49,416 bases of DNA from Acidimicrobiia bacterium (GTDB taxonomy: Bacteria; Actinomycetota; Acidimicrobiia; Acidimicrobiales; VFJN01), in contig JBKHJZ010000004.1 in NCBI GenBank assembly GCA_046537875.1, positions 1 through 49,416 of the forward strand, given 5' to 3'. The number at the start of each line of letters is the position of its first letter. Position 1 is the first letter of the stretch. Shown here one piece after another: positions 8,280-17,789 of the stretch. A program made the position numbers and the translations under genes. The notes beneath the pieces were generated by a model. It saw nothing but the letters and a program-made list of their open reading frames with translations, did not search any database and was not told the DNA's origin.

Positions 8280-9044
8280 TCAGCGTCGCCGGCGCCGGCC
8301 CCCGGCACGGTTCCCCTCCCGGTGCAGGGCCGGCACTGCGTCGATCTTGTCCCGGTCGAGGTGGTCCCACAGGATCCCCGGGGGCCGGTGGGCGCCGGGG
8401 CACGAGATGACCTCGTCCGGCGTGACCACCAGATCGACCCGGAAGTCGTGGTCGGTCTCGGGGAGATCGTCGTCCACCACCTGGAGGGGATGCACGGTCG
8501 TGACGATCGTGGTCTCCTCGTCGATCCAGCCGGCCTCGGTGCCGAGCGCCAGCTCGAGGTCGCTGAAGCCGCCCCCCTTGCCGATGCGGGCGCCTCCCCG
8601 GTTCACGCAGACCGACCCGCACACCACCAGGTCCAGGCGTGGTACCGCCTCGACCGCCAGCGGTCGACCGTGCTCGCCGGCGCCGCCGATCGAGGCCGCG
8701 CGGCGGGGCGCGACCTCGAGGAGGTCAGGGTCGAGAAGGAGGAACGGCTCGGGTGTCCGGAGCCGGGGGACCGCCATCACCACCAGCTTGCCGTCGGTGA
8801 GGGCCGCCGCCCGCACCGGCAGTTGGGGGAGATCGGGGTTCGCCTTCAGGGCCGCCGCACGTTCCCAGGCACCGGTTCCGGCCAGGCGGGCGGCGGCCCG
8901 CTCGGCCCCCGTGAAGTTGGGGATGCGTCCCCGGGCGCCCGGGAAGCGGGCAACCCGCGCCTCGGTCATCGCCGCCCACACGCGCTCGCGCCAGGCCTGC
9001 TTGTCACCGGCGGCGTCGCCGCTGCTTCCCGGCGGCACGCTCAC
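8280..9044 (-). CDS. 5-formyltetrahydrofolate cyclo-ligase family protein (MTHFSD-like)
   Basis: GRIPNFTGAERAA, KANPD, DLVVCGSV, RIGKGGGFSDLE, HDFRVDLVVTP; start uncertain (GTG 9044). Confidence 0.85.
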   Translation of the reverse strand: MSVPPGSSGDAAGDKQAWRERVWAAMTEARVARFPGARGRIPNFTGAERAAARLAGTGAWERAAALKANPDLPQLPVRAAALTDGKLVVMAVPRLRTPEPFLLLDPDLLEVAPRRAASIGGAGEHGRPLAVEAVPRLDLVVCGSVCVNRGGARIGKGGGFSDLELALGTEAGWIDEETTIVTTVHPLQVVDDDLPETDHDFRVDLVVTPDEVISCPGAHRPPGILWDHLDRDKIDAVPALHREGNRAGGRRRRR

Positions 9045-9336
9045 AGTCTGGCCCCGCTGTTCGAACCGTCGATCCTCGCGGCCCTGGCGGTCTCCGCGGT
9101 GGCCTGGCGGCGTTCGCCGATCGAGCTCGCACGGCAGTTCGCTCACGTCAGCCGGGAGCTCGACGCAGCCTGACCTGGACAGCGGCGCGCGACGCCCCCG
9201 TTCCGCACGGTGCCGGGGCACCGGGGCACCATGGTCGCGGGATCGGTCCGGATCGCACTCGCTACGATCCGCATCGACTTCCCTGCCCTCGCCGCGCTGC
9301 CGCCGAGGCCCGTGGTCGGAAGGTTGCCGATATGCG

Positions 9337-10623
9337 ATGAGCGACGACGAGGTGCTGACCGACACGCCGGCGGACGGGTCGCCGGTCGAGGCGCCGGACG
9401 GGGAGCGTGCCGGTGACGACCCCGAGGCGCCGCCGCCCCAGCCGCGGCGGGGACGGGCCCGCCGCGTCCTCCTCAAGCTCGGGGTCGCCCTGCTGTCGGT
9501 GGTGCTGACCCTCGGCGCTGTCGAGATCGTGTTCCGCCTCCTCGGCTACCAGCCCGTCTACGACGTGTACTCGAGCCCCGACGAGTTCTTCCGTCACGAT
9601 CCGGCGATCGGCTGGTCGCTCACCCCGGGCGCCGAGGGGGTCTTCGTCGGCCCCCGGCCGTTCCCCATCGAGTACCGCACCCGCGTCCGCATCAACTCGC
9701 TCGGGCTGCGGGGTCCGGAGCTCGCGCCGGTGCCGCCCCGGGGGCTGCGGGTGCTGGTGCTCGGGGACTCCTGGGTGGCCGGGTTCGAGGTGGACGAGGA
9801 CCGCACCTACACCTCCCGGCTGGAACGGGAGCTGACCGATCGGCTCGGCGTGCCGGTCCAGGTGGTGAACGCCGGGGTCCGCGGCTACGGAACCGACCAG
9901 TCGCTGTTGCTGTACCGGGAGCGCCTGCGCGACCTCGACCCCGACCTCGTCATCCACCACACCACCGGCAACGACCCCGACGACAACACGCTGCTGCACC
10001 GCATGCGTCGGGTGTTCTCGAAGCCGGCCTTCGCGCTCGGGGCGGACGACCGCGTGCGGCTGGTGGGGCGCCCGGTCGACCGCTACCCGCGGTGCTCCGA
10101 GTACCGCCTGGTCGACGGTGAGGTCCGCCGCATGGACGGGCGCCGCGCCCGCAGCCTCTGCTGGGTGCAGACCCGCCTCTCCGACCACTCCGCGCTGTTC
10201 AGCTTCATCACCGAGCGCCTCCAGCAGAACCCGGAGCTGGTCGAGAAGCTCTACGACCTCGGCACGCCGACGGAGACCGGGGAGGCCATCGGCGCCGACG
10301 GCCACGCCGAGATGGCCGCTGCAGCCGCGGCGCGGGACCATCCCCACCGGCTGACCTCGGTGCTCGTGCGACGGATGGCCGAGGACGTGCGCGCCGACGG
10401 CGCGGGCTTCGTGCTCATCGGGCAGGATGGCGATCTCGGCGCGCTCGACCTGGCGGCATTCGACCGGGATCTGATCCAGGTCGTGCGCATCGACGAGGCC
10501 CTGAAGGAGCCGGGCGACGTGCTCATCCCCAACGACGGCCATCCCAACGAGCTCGGGCACGAGCGCATCGCCGCGCTGCTGGCCGATGCCTTCGCGCCCC
10601 GCCTGGAGGAGCAGCTGCGATGA
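9337..10623 (+). CDS. Membrane-anchored SGNH/GDSL hydrolase family protein
   Basis: One N-terminal TM helix; blocks LGDSW, NAGVRGYGTDQ, GND, DGHPNELGH. Confidence 0.9.
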   Translation: MSDDEVLTDTPADGSPVEAPDGERAGDDPEAPPPQPRRGRARRVLLKLGVALLSVVLTLGAVEIVFRLLGYQPVYDVYSSPDEFFRHDPAIGWSLTPGAEGVFVGPRPFPIEYRTRVRINSLGLRGPELAPVPPRGLRVLVLGDSWVAGFEVDEDRTYTSRLERELTDRLGVPVQVVNAGVRGYGTDQSLLLYRERLRDLDPDLVIHHTTGNDPDDNTLLHRMRRVFSKPAFALGADDRVRLVGRPVDRYPRCSEYRLVDGEVRRMDGRRARSLCWVQTRLSDHSALFSFITERLQQNPELVEKLYDLGTPTETGEAIGADGHAEMAAAAAARDHPHRLTSVLVRRMAEDVRADGAGFVLIGQDGDLGALDLAAFDRDLIQVVRIDEALKEPGDVLIPNDGHPNELGHERIAALLADAFAPRLEEQLR

Positions 10624-12458
10624 CCGCCATCCTCGGCCTGTCGGCCTACTACCACGACGCCGCCGCCGCCCTGGTGATCGACGGCCAGATCGTCGCGGCG
10701 GCCCAGGAGGAGCGGTTCACCCGCCGCAAGCACGATCCGGCGTTCCCGCACCATGCGATCGAGGCGTGCCTGCGCCAGGCGGGGCTGGAGCACGAGGACC
10801 TCGACTACGTCGGCTTCTACGACAAGCCGTTCCTCACGTTCGACCGGCTGCTCGACACGTACGTCGCCTACGCGCCCGTCGGGCTGCGCTCGTTCCTGCG
10901 GGCGATGCCGCTGTGGCTCAACGAGAAGCTCCACACGGGCCGCACGATCCGGCGCGAGCTCGACGGGCGCTACCGGAAGCGACTGGTGTTCACTGAGCAC
11001 CACGAGTCCCACGCCGCGAGCGCCTTCTTCCCGTCGCCGTTCGATCGGGCGGCGATCCTCACGCTCGACGGCGTGGGTGAGTGGGCCACCGCCACGTACG
11101 GGATCGGGCAGGGCAACACGATCGACCTCCGGGCCGAGCTGCGCTTCCCCCACTCGCTCGGGCTGCTCTACTCGGCCTTCACGTACTACTGCGGCTTCCG
11201 GGTCAACTCGGGCGAGTACAAGCTCATGGGGCTTGCACCGTACGGCGAGCCCGCCTACGCCGACCTGATCCGCGAGCGGCTGCTCGATCTGCGGGACGAC
11301 GGCTCGTTCCGGCTCGACCTCCGCTACTTCAACTACTGCCAGGGACTGACGATGACGTCCCGCCGGTTCGACGCCCTCTTCGGCGGGCCGCCGAGGCGGC
11401 CGGAGGGCCCGATCACGCAGCGGGAGATGGACCTGGCGGCGTCGATCCAACAGGTGACCGAAGAGGTCGTGGTGCGGGCGGCGCGCCACCTGCACCAGGA
11501 CACCGGCCTCACCGACCTGTGCATGGCGGGCGGCGTGGCGCTCAACTGCGTGGCCAACGGCCGCATCCTGCGGGACACCCCGTTCGAGCGCATCTGGGTC
11601 CAGCCGGCCGCGGGCGACGCCGGCGGTTCGCTCGGCGTGGCCCTCTTCATCTGGCACCAGCTGCTGGGGAACCCCCGCACCGCGGCGCCGGGCGACGGCC
11701 AGCGCGGGTCGCTGCTGGGCCCGAACTTCGCCGATCACGAGGTCCGCGCCGCGCTCGAGCGGGCGGGCGCCACCTACGAGATGGTCGAGGACGACGACGA
11801 GCTGTGCGATCTCGTGGCCGGCCTGCTGGCGCAGGGGAAGGTGGTCGGCTGGTTCCAGGGGCGCATGGAGTTCGGCCCCCGCGCGCTCGGCGCCCGCAGC
11901 ATCCTCGGCGATCCGCGCGACCCCGCGATGCAGTCGCTGATGAACCGCAAGATCAAGTTCCGCGAGTCGTTCCGGCCGTTCGCGCCGGCGGTGCTGGCCG
12001 ACGACGCGCACGACTGGTTCGCCCTTCCGGCGGGGCACGACAGCCCGTACATGCTGCTCGTCGCCCCGGTGGCCGCCGCCCACCGTCGTCCGGAGGCGGT
12101 GGCCGACGGCGCGACGGGCCTGGAGAAGCTGAAGGTGCAGCGGTCGGACATCCCCGCCGTGACCCACGTCGACCACTCCGCCCGGCTGCAGACCGTCGAC
12201 CGGGAGCGCCACGGCAGGTTCCACACCCTGCTCGAGCGGTTCAAGCTGCGGACCGGTTGCCCGGTGCTGATCAACACGTCGTTCAACGTGCGGGGCGAGC
12301 CGATCGTCTGCACCCCCGACGACGCCTACCGCTGCTTCATGGCCACGAACATCGACGTGCTGGTGATCGAGCACGCGGTGCTCCAGAAGCAGCACCAGGC
12401 GAGAGCCCTTGCCGAAGCCGACGCCGACGACTACCGCCGGCAGTTCGCGCTGGACTGA
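10620..12458 (+). CDS. O-carbamoyltransferase, NodU/CmcH/SxtI family
   Basis: LGLSAYYHDAAA, QEERFTRRKH, HHESHAASAF, DGVGE, GEYKLMGLAPYG, GRMEFGPRALGARS, KFRESFRPFAP, NTSFN; ATGA overlap with the SGNH gene. Confidence 0.95.
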   Translation: MTAILGLSAYYHDAAAALVIDGQIVAAAQEERFTRRKHDPAFPHHAIEACLRQAGLEHEDLDYVGFYDKPFLTFDRLLDTYVAYAPVGLRSFLRAMPLWLNEKLHTGRTIRRELDGRYRKRLVFTEHHESHAASAFFPSPFDRAAILTLDGVGEWATATYGIGQGNTIDLRAELRFPHSLGLLYSAFTYYCGFRVNSGEYKLMGLAPYGEPAYADLIRERLLDLRDDGSFRLDLRYFNYCQGLTMTSRRFDALFGGPPRRPEGPITQREMDLAASIQQVTEEVVVRAARHLHQDTGLTDLCMAGGVALNCVANGRILRDTPFERIWVQPAAGDAGGSLGVALFIWHQLLGNPRTAAPGDGQRGSLLGPNFADHEVRAALERAGATYEMVEDDDELCDLVAGLLAQGKVVGWFQGRMEFGPRALGARSILGDPRDPAMQSLMNRKIKFRESFRPFAPAVLADDAHDWFALPAGHDSPYMLLVAPVAAAHRRPEAVADGATGLEKLKVQRSDIPAVTHVDHSARLQTVDRERHGRFHTLLERFKLRTGCPVLINTSFNVRGEPIVCTPDDAYRCFMATNIDVLVIEHAVLQKQHQARALAEADADDYRRQFALD

Positions 12459-12461
12459 CCG

Positions 12462-12869
12462 ATGACGCGCATCGACACCGACCCCGGGCGCCGCGAGCTG
12501 CTCGTCTTCGGCGCGCTGCTGCCACTGGCGGTGGTCTTGGCCGGGTTCCTCATCGGACGGCACACGGGCGCCGGTGTCCGCGTGTCCATCTGGGTCGTCG
12601 GCGGTGCGATCGCGCTGATCTACGCGACGATCCCGGCGGTGCGGCGACCGGTGTACGTCGGGATCGCGCGGCTCACCCAGCCGATCGGGTGGGCCGTCTC
12701 GCACCTCGTGCTGATCCTCGTGTTCGCGCTGGTCGTCACGCCCGTGGCCGTGCTGCTGCGCCTGCTCGGGCGCGATCCTCTGGCCCGGAGCGCCGACGCC
12801 CGCCTCCCCACCTACTGGGTCACCCGGACGACCGGGCGCGACGCCCGGCGCTACTTCCAACAGTTCTAG
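12462..12869 (+). CDS. SxtJ-family membrane protein
   Basis: 135 aa, three hydrophobic segments, PIGWAVSH..LVVTPVA..LLGRDPL..TYW..RYFQQF; directly after the carbamoyltransferase. Confidence 0.8.
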   Translation: MTRIDTDPGRRELLVFGALLPLAVVLAGFLIGRHTGAGVRVSIWVVGGAIALIYATIPAVRRPVYVGIARLTQPIGWAVSHLVLILVFALVVTPVAVLLRLLGRDPLARSADARLPTYWVTRTTGRDARRYFQQF

Positions 12870-12877
12870 GAGCCACC

Positions 12878-13099
12878 ATGACGCGATCCCACGGCACGCC
12901 CGGGAACGAGACCGACGCCCGCGCGTTCGAGGCGGCCGCCGAGCAGCGGTCGACGACCTTCCTCGGCGAGTTCTGGCGCTTCCTCCGCCAGAACCGCAAG
13001 TGGTGGCTCACACCGATCATCGTCACGCTCCTGCTGGTGGCGGTGCTGGTGGTGGTGGCCGGATCGGGCGCGGGCCCGCTCGTCTACACGCTCTTCTGA
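12878..13099 (+). CDS. Small membrane protein, DUF5989/SxtK-like
   Basis: 73 aa; EFWRFLRQNRKWWLTPIIVTLLL...GPLVYTLF; AGGAG RBS. Confidence 0.85.
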   Translation: MTRSHGTPGNETDARAFEAAAEQRSTTFLGEFWRFLRQNRKWWLTPIIVTLLLVAVLVVVAGSGAGPLVYTLF

Positions 13100-13140
13100 C
13101 CCCGGCTGCCGGTCCGCACCGCCCCGGTACCCTGGCGGGG

Positions 13141-14847
13141 ATGCATCCGAAGGAGCCGGTCGTGACGCTCGACGCGGCGGACGATCCGACCGACTTCGCC
13201 GATCTGGGGCTGTGCCCCGAGCTGCTCCAGGCCCTCGCCGACCTCGGCTACGAGGAGCCGACTCCCATCCAGCGCGAGGCGATCCCGGCGCTCCTGCAGG
13301 GTCGCGACCTGCGGGGGCAGGCCGCGACGGGCACGGGGAAGACCGCCGCCTTCGCGCTGCCACTGCTCCAGCGGATCGCCCGGGAGGTCGCCGAGCGCGA
13401 CGCCAGGAGCGGGGAGGCGGTCGCCGTGGTGCTGGTGCCGACCCGCGAGCTGGCCGTCCAGGTGTCCGAGGCGATGCACCGCTACGGGGCCCACGTCGGT
13501 GCCCGCGTCCTCCCGATCTACGGGGGGCAGCCGATCGGCCGGCAGCTGTCCGCGCTCCGGCGCGGGGTCGACGTGGTGGTCGCGACGCCGGGGCGTGCGC
13601 TCGACCACATCGCCCGGGGGACCCTCGAGCTGGGCCGGGTGCGGGTGGTCGTGCTCGACGAGGCGGACGAGATGCTCGACATGGGGTTCGCCGAGGACAT
13701 CGAGGCGATCCTCGACGGCACGCCCGGCGACCGGCAGACCGTGCTCTTCTCGGCCACCATGCCGCCGCGCATCGATCGGATGGCACGCCGGCACCTGCGC
13801 GACCCGGCCCGCATCGAGCTCGGCCGCGAGGCGGTGGCTCCGGGCGAGGTCGCGCTGGTCAGGCAGACGGCGTACGTCGTCCCCCGGGCCCACAAGCCCG
13901 CCGCCCTGGGGCGTGTCCTCGACGTCGAGGCGCCGGCGGCCGCGGTGGTGTTCTGTCGCACCCGTGCCGAGGTCGAGCAGCTCACGGAGACCCTGAACGG
14001 GCGCGGCTACCGGGCCGAGGCCCTGCACGGGGGGATGGACCAGGGCCAGCGCGACCGGGTGATGGGACGGCTCCGCAGCGGTGCGACCGAGCTCCTGGTG
14101 GCGACCGACGTGGCCGCCCGTGGCCTCGACATCGAGCAGCTCACGCATGTCGTCAACTACGACGTGCCCTCCGCGCCCGACGCGTACGTGCACCGCATCG
14201 GCCGGGTCGGGCGTGCCGGCCGGGAGGGGGTGGCCGTCACCCTGGCGGAGCCGCGGGAGCACAGGCTGATCAAGGCGATCGAGCGGGTGACCGGGCAGCG
14301 GATCTCGGTCGAGACGCTGCCGACGATCGCCGACATGCGGGCCCGGCGGCTGGAGCTGACACGGGCCGCCCTGCAGGAGAGCCTGCTCGAGGACGATCTC
14401 GAGCGCTTCCGGGTGGTGGTGGAGCCGCTGGCCGACGAGTTCGACGTCATGGACGTCGCGCTGGCCGCGGTCAAGCTGGCGCACGAGGCCGGGGGTGCCG
14501 CGGGCGAGGAGGAGATCCCGGAGGTGGCCCCGCCGCTGGCCGAGCGGCGCGGTCGCCGGAAGCCTCCGGGCCGGGAGCGGCGACGCGGCCGCGCCCCCAC
14601 TCCCGGGATGTCGCGCCTGTTCGTCGGGGCCGGGCGCACCGCCGGTGTCCGGCCCCAGGACCTGGTCGGGGCGATCGCGGGCGAGTCCCGGCTCAGCGGC
14701 CGGGACATCGGCGCGATCGAGATCGCCGATCGGTTCGCGCTCGTGGAGGTCCCCGAACCCGCGGTGGACGAGGTGATCGCCGCCCTGCGGGGGACCACCA
14801 TCAAGGGCAGGAGGCCGACCATCCGCCGCGAGCGAGCGGCACGCTGA
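13141..14847 (+). CDS. DEAD-box RNA helicase (DeaD/CsdA-like, C-terminal DbpA-type RNA-binding domain)
   Basis: Q motif GYEEPTPIQ, ATGTGKT, PTRELA, DEAD, SAT, ARGLD, HRIGRVGR; C-terminal RLFVGAGR..RPQDLVGAIAGE. Confidence 0.95.
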   Translation: MHPKEPVVTLDAADDPTDFADLGLCPELLQALADLGYEEPTPIQREAIPALLQGRDLRGQAATGTGKTAAFALPLLQRIAREVAERDARSGEAVAVVLVPTRELAVQVSEAMHRYGAHVGARVLPIYGGQPIGRQLSALRRGVDVVVATPGRALDHIARGTLELGRVRVVVLDEADEMLDMGFAEDIEAILDGTPGDRQTVLFSATMPPRIDRMARRHLRDPARIELGREAVAPGEVALVRQTAYVVPRAHKPAALGRVLDVEAPAAAVVFCRTRAEVEQLTETLNGRGYRAEALHGGMDQGQRDRVMGRLRSGATELLVATDVAARGLDIEQLTHVVNYDVPSAPDAYVHRIGRVGRAGREGVAVTLAEPREHRLIKAIERVTGQRISVETLPTIADMRARRLELTRAALQESLLEDDLERFRVVVEPLADEFDVMDVALAAVKLAHEAGGAAGEEEIPEVAPPLAERRGRRKPPGRERRRGRAPTPGMSRLFVGAGRTAGVRPQDLVGAIAGESRLSGRDIGAIEIADRFALVEVPEPAVDEVIAALRGTTIKGRRPTIRRERAAR

Positions 14848-14940
14848 GGCGCATGGCCAGGCCCGGGCGCAGCGGGTCGTCCCGCAGCCCGGTGACCGCT
14901 CGGCGAAAGGCCGGGACCGGTGGCCGTGGCCGCCGTGGGA

Positions 14941-15906
14941 TCAGTCGGGCTCGTCCGGTGCGCCGGTGTCGACGGCGCCGGCACGCTCGTCGCGTGCCGC
15001 CCACTCCAGCAGCTCGTCGATCCTGAACACCGCCCGGTCGATGTCCGCGTGGAGATCGCCGATGGCGGCGACGCGCCCGGGCACGCTCGCGATGGTGCAG
15101 TCGAAGGGCTCCACGTCGTCGATCTCGTCCCAGGCGACCGGCGTCGACACGGTCGCCTCGGGCACCCCTCGCACCGAGTAGGCCGCTGCCATGGTGTGGT
15201 CCCGGGCGTTCTGGTTGTAGTCCACGAACAGGGCCGTGGGGTCGCGGTCCTTGCGCCACCACGTGGTCGTCACCGCATCCGGCACGCGACGTTCCACCTC
15301 GCGGGCGAACGCCAGCGCGGCGCGCCGCACGTCGGCGAACCCGAACGAGGGCCTGATCCGGACGTAGACGTGGAGACCCTTGCCGCCCGAGGTCTTGGGC
15401 CAGCCGACCGCCCCGAGCTCGTCGAGCACCTCGTGCACCACGTGGGCGACCCGGCGGACCGTGGAGAGCGGGCAATCGGGCATGGGGTCGAGGTCGATCC
15501 GCCACTCGTCGGGCTTCTCCACGTGGCCGCGCCGCGAGTTCCAGGGGTGGAACTCGACCGTGGACATCTGCACCGCCCAGATCACCTGGGCGAGCTCGGT
15601 CACGCACAGCTCGTCGGCGTGCTGCCCGTAGCGGGGGAAGTGGACCCGCACGGTCTCCAGCCACGGCGGGGCCCCGGCCGGCACCCGCTTCTGGTGGACC
15701 TTGTCGCCGCTGACCCCGGTGGGGAAGCGGTGCAGCATGCAGGGCCGCTCCCGCAGGGCGTTGACGATGCCCGGACCGACCGCGATGTAGTACCGGACCA
15801 GGTCGAACTTGGTCGCCCCGGTTGCCGGGAAGTACACCCGGTCGGGGTTGGTGACCCGCACCGTGCGGCCCTCCACCTGCACCTCGGTCGCCGGGGCCTT
15901 CGCCAC
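14941..15906 (-). CDS. Stand-alone LigD-type primase-polymerase (Prim-PolC-like)
   Basis: TNPDRVYFP, TKFDLVRYY, RIDLDP (DxD), KTSGGKGLHV, FVDYNQN, AYSVR. Confidence 0.9.
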   Translation of the reverse strand: MAKAPATEVQVEGRTVRVTNPDRVYFPATGATKFDLVRYYIAVGPGIVNALRERPCMLHRFPTGVSGDKVHQKRVPAGAPPWLETVRVHFPRYGQHADELCVTELAQVIWAVQMSTVEFHPWNSRRGHVEKPDEWRIDLDPMPDCPLSTVRRVAHVVHEVLDELGAVGWPKTSGGKGLHVYVRIRPSFGFADVRRAALAFAREVERRVPDAVTTTWWRKDRDPTALFVDYNQNARDHTMAAAYSVRGVPEATVSTPVAWDEIDDVEPFDCTIASVPGRVAAIGDLHADIDRAVFRIDELLEWAARDERAGAVDTGAPDEPD

Positions 15907-15991
15907 GGGACCAGACCGTACCGGTCACCCGGGGAGGCGCCGTCACCCGCAGAGGCGCTCCCGGCGCACCACCGGCGGGATCGCCGGGGGG

Positions 15992-17662
15992 TCAGACGTC
16001 GATGTCGCGCTCGCGGATGACGAGCAAGCTGTAGGCGATGCCGCAGGCGCCGACCGCCCCCATGATCAGCGGCGGCTGGAACGCGATGGGGTCGAGGGGG
16101 TACCGGGCCACGTGCTCGAACGGTGACAGGCGGTGGGCCCAGGAGGGCAGGTCCATCGCCGGGCCGAAGACCCCCACGATCAGGCCGTAGCCGAGCACCA
16201 GCCACGAGGCGGAGAGCGCCCGGGGAGCCAGTGCGAACAGGAGCGCGGCGAGGGCCAGCAACAGAAGCAGGGGGGCCGCGAACGCCAGGTGGGCCGCGGG
16301 CAGCTCACCCAGGTGGGCGGCCTCGCCGGTGACGGCCATCGCGCCGAGCCCGGTGGCGAGGCCGGTCGCGGTGAGCATCACGACGATGCCGAGGGCGGTT
16401 GCCGCGAGATGGGCTCCGAGCCATGCGGTCCGGCTGACCGGGGTGGCGAGCACGGGCTCCGCGCGACCCGACGTCTCCTCGGTGCGGAGGCTCTGGACGG
16501 CGAGGATCGCGAAGATGCCGATGATCAGGGCCATGAAGAGGGCCATCAGGCTCAGGTAGCCCGCGACGATGTCGGCCTCGCCGCCCGTCACGTCCACCAG
16601 GACGTCGGGCAGGTCTTCGGACGAGGTCAGCATCGCGTCGGCGAACGCGCCGAACAGCAGCCCGGCGACCGCGAGCGAGGCCGTCCAGCCGACGATGCTG
16701 GCCCGCTGCAGGCGCAGCGCAAACGCGAAGGGCGACCCGAGCCAGGGCGCCGCCCCGGCGGGCCCCGCCCGGACCGAGAGCATGCCGGCACCGAGGTCGC
16801 GGCGGCTGGAGAGCCGGTAGCCGACGGCTGCGACGGCCACGGCGAAGGCGATCGGGAGTGCCAGGGGCCACCAGCGGTCGAGCACGAAGGGAGCGGTCTG
16901 CTGCGACCAGGCCAGCGGTGACACCCACGAGAGGGGGCTGCCTCCTTGGCTGGTCATGTCCCCCAGCGCACGGAGCACGAACGCGGCACCCAACCCGGCG
17001 CCGGCCAGACTCGACGCCGCCCGGGGGAACTCCGTCACCTGCGCGGTCAGCGCCGCGAGCGAGGCGAACGCGAGCCCAGCGGCGCCCACCCCGGCCCCGA
17101 ACAGGAGCGAGCCGCCGGGCCCGAAGTGGGGCGAGCTGACCGTGACCGCGACGATGGCGGTCGAGACCACCAGGTTGGTGATCACGGCCACGAGGAGGGC
17201 GGCGGTGAGCGGCGCGTCGCGGCCGACGACGTTGGCGCGGACGAGCTCGGCGCGGCCCGCCTGCTCGTCGGCCCGGGTGTGGCGCACCACGAGCAGGATG
17301 CTCATCAGGGCGGCGACCAGCAGCACGTAGAGCCCGTAGGCGCCGACGATGAACCGGTCGTGCGTCAGCTGCTCGAACCCGTGGGCGGGGCCCGTGTACA
17401 GCCGGCCCATCGGACCCTCCATGAGCTGGGAGACGCCCTCGAGATCCTCTGTGGTGGCGTACACCTGGGGCACCAGGCGCGTGTAGTAGAGCCAGAACGC
17501 GGCGATGCCCAGCGTCCAGGCGGGCAGCCGTACCCGGTCCCGGCGGAGCATGAACCGGACGAGCTCCCACGTCCCCCTGAGAGACCCTCCGGTGGTCGCG
17601 ACAGCGGCGCCAACGCCCGAGGTGGGTGGCGTGGTGGTGGCGGTGCTCGTCGTGCCGGTCAT
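15992..17662 (-). CDS. ABC-2 type exporter permease (about 12 TM, internally duplicated)
   Basis: LRRDRVRL, VRHTRADEQAGRAEL, RRDLGAG, RTEETSGRAEPVLATPVSR, LSPFEH; start uncertain (ATG 17662). Confidence 0.85.
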   Translation of the reverse strand: MTGTTSTATTTPPTSGVGAAVATTGGSLRGTWELVRFMLRRDRVRLPAWTLGIAAFWLYYTRLVPQVYATTEDLEGVSQLMEGPMGRLYTGPAHGFEQLTHDRFIVGAYGLYVLLVAALMSILLVVRHTRADEQAGRAELVRANVVGRDAPLTAALLVAVITNLVVSTAIVAVTVSSPHFGPGGSLLFGAGVGAAGLAFASLAALTAQVTEFPRAASSLAGAGLGAAFVLRALGDMTSQGGSPLSWVSPLAWSQQTAPFVLDRWWPLALPIAFAVAVAAVGYRLSSRRDLGAGMLSVRAGPAGAAPWLGSPFAFALRLQRASIVGWTASLAVAGLLFGAFADAMLTSSEDLPDVLVDVTGGEADIVAGYLSLMALFMALIIGIFAILAVQSLRTEETSGRAEPVLATPVSRTAWLGAHLAATALGIVVMLTATGLATGLGAMAVTGEAAHLGELPAAHLAFAAPLLLLLALAALLFALAPRALSASWLVLGYGLIVGVFGPAMDLPSWAHRLSPFEHVARYPLDPIAFQPPLIMGAVGACGIAYSLLVIRERDIDV

Positions 17663-17789
17663 CGGATCGGCAGTCACGGGCGGGCTTCCCTCCGGGGTGG
17701 CACGGGTGCGTGACACGATGGTCTCACGGGGCAGGCGAGTGCGAGGTCGCTGCGCGGATCCGAAGGGTGTGCGCACGCCGAGGCGTGGT

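Noticed and set aside
8125-9336. Long N-terminal extension of the SGNH protein (832-aa ORF)
   Set aside because: It is antisense to the 5-FCL-like gene; coding-like sequence begins at ATG 9337.
10620-13099. Saxitoxin biosynthesis cluster
   Set aside because: Only sxtI/J/K/L-type families are present; there is no sxtA PKS-like gene, amidinotransferase or other core sxt gene.
14941-15906. Phage or plasmid primase, mobile element, or full NHEJ locus
   Set aside because: It matches the chromosomal LigD-POL type; no integrase, helicase partner, att sites, Ku or compositional shift is visible.
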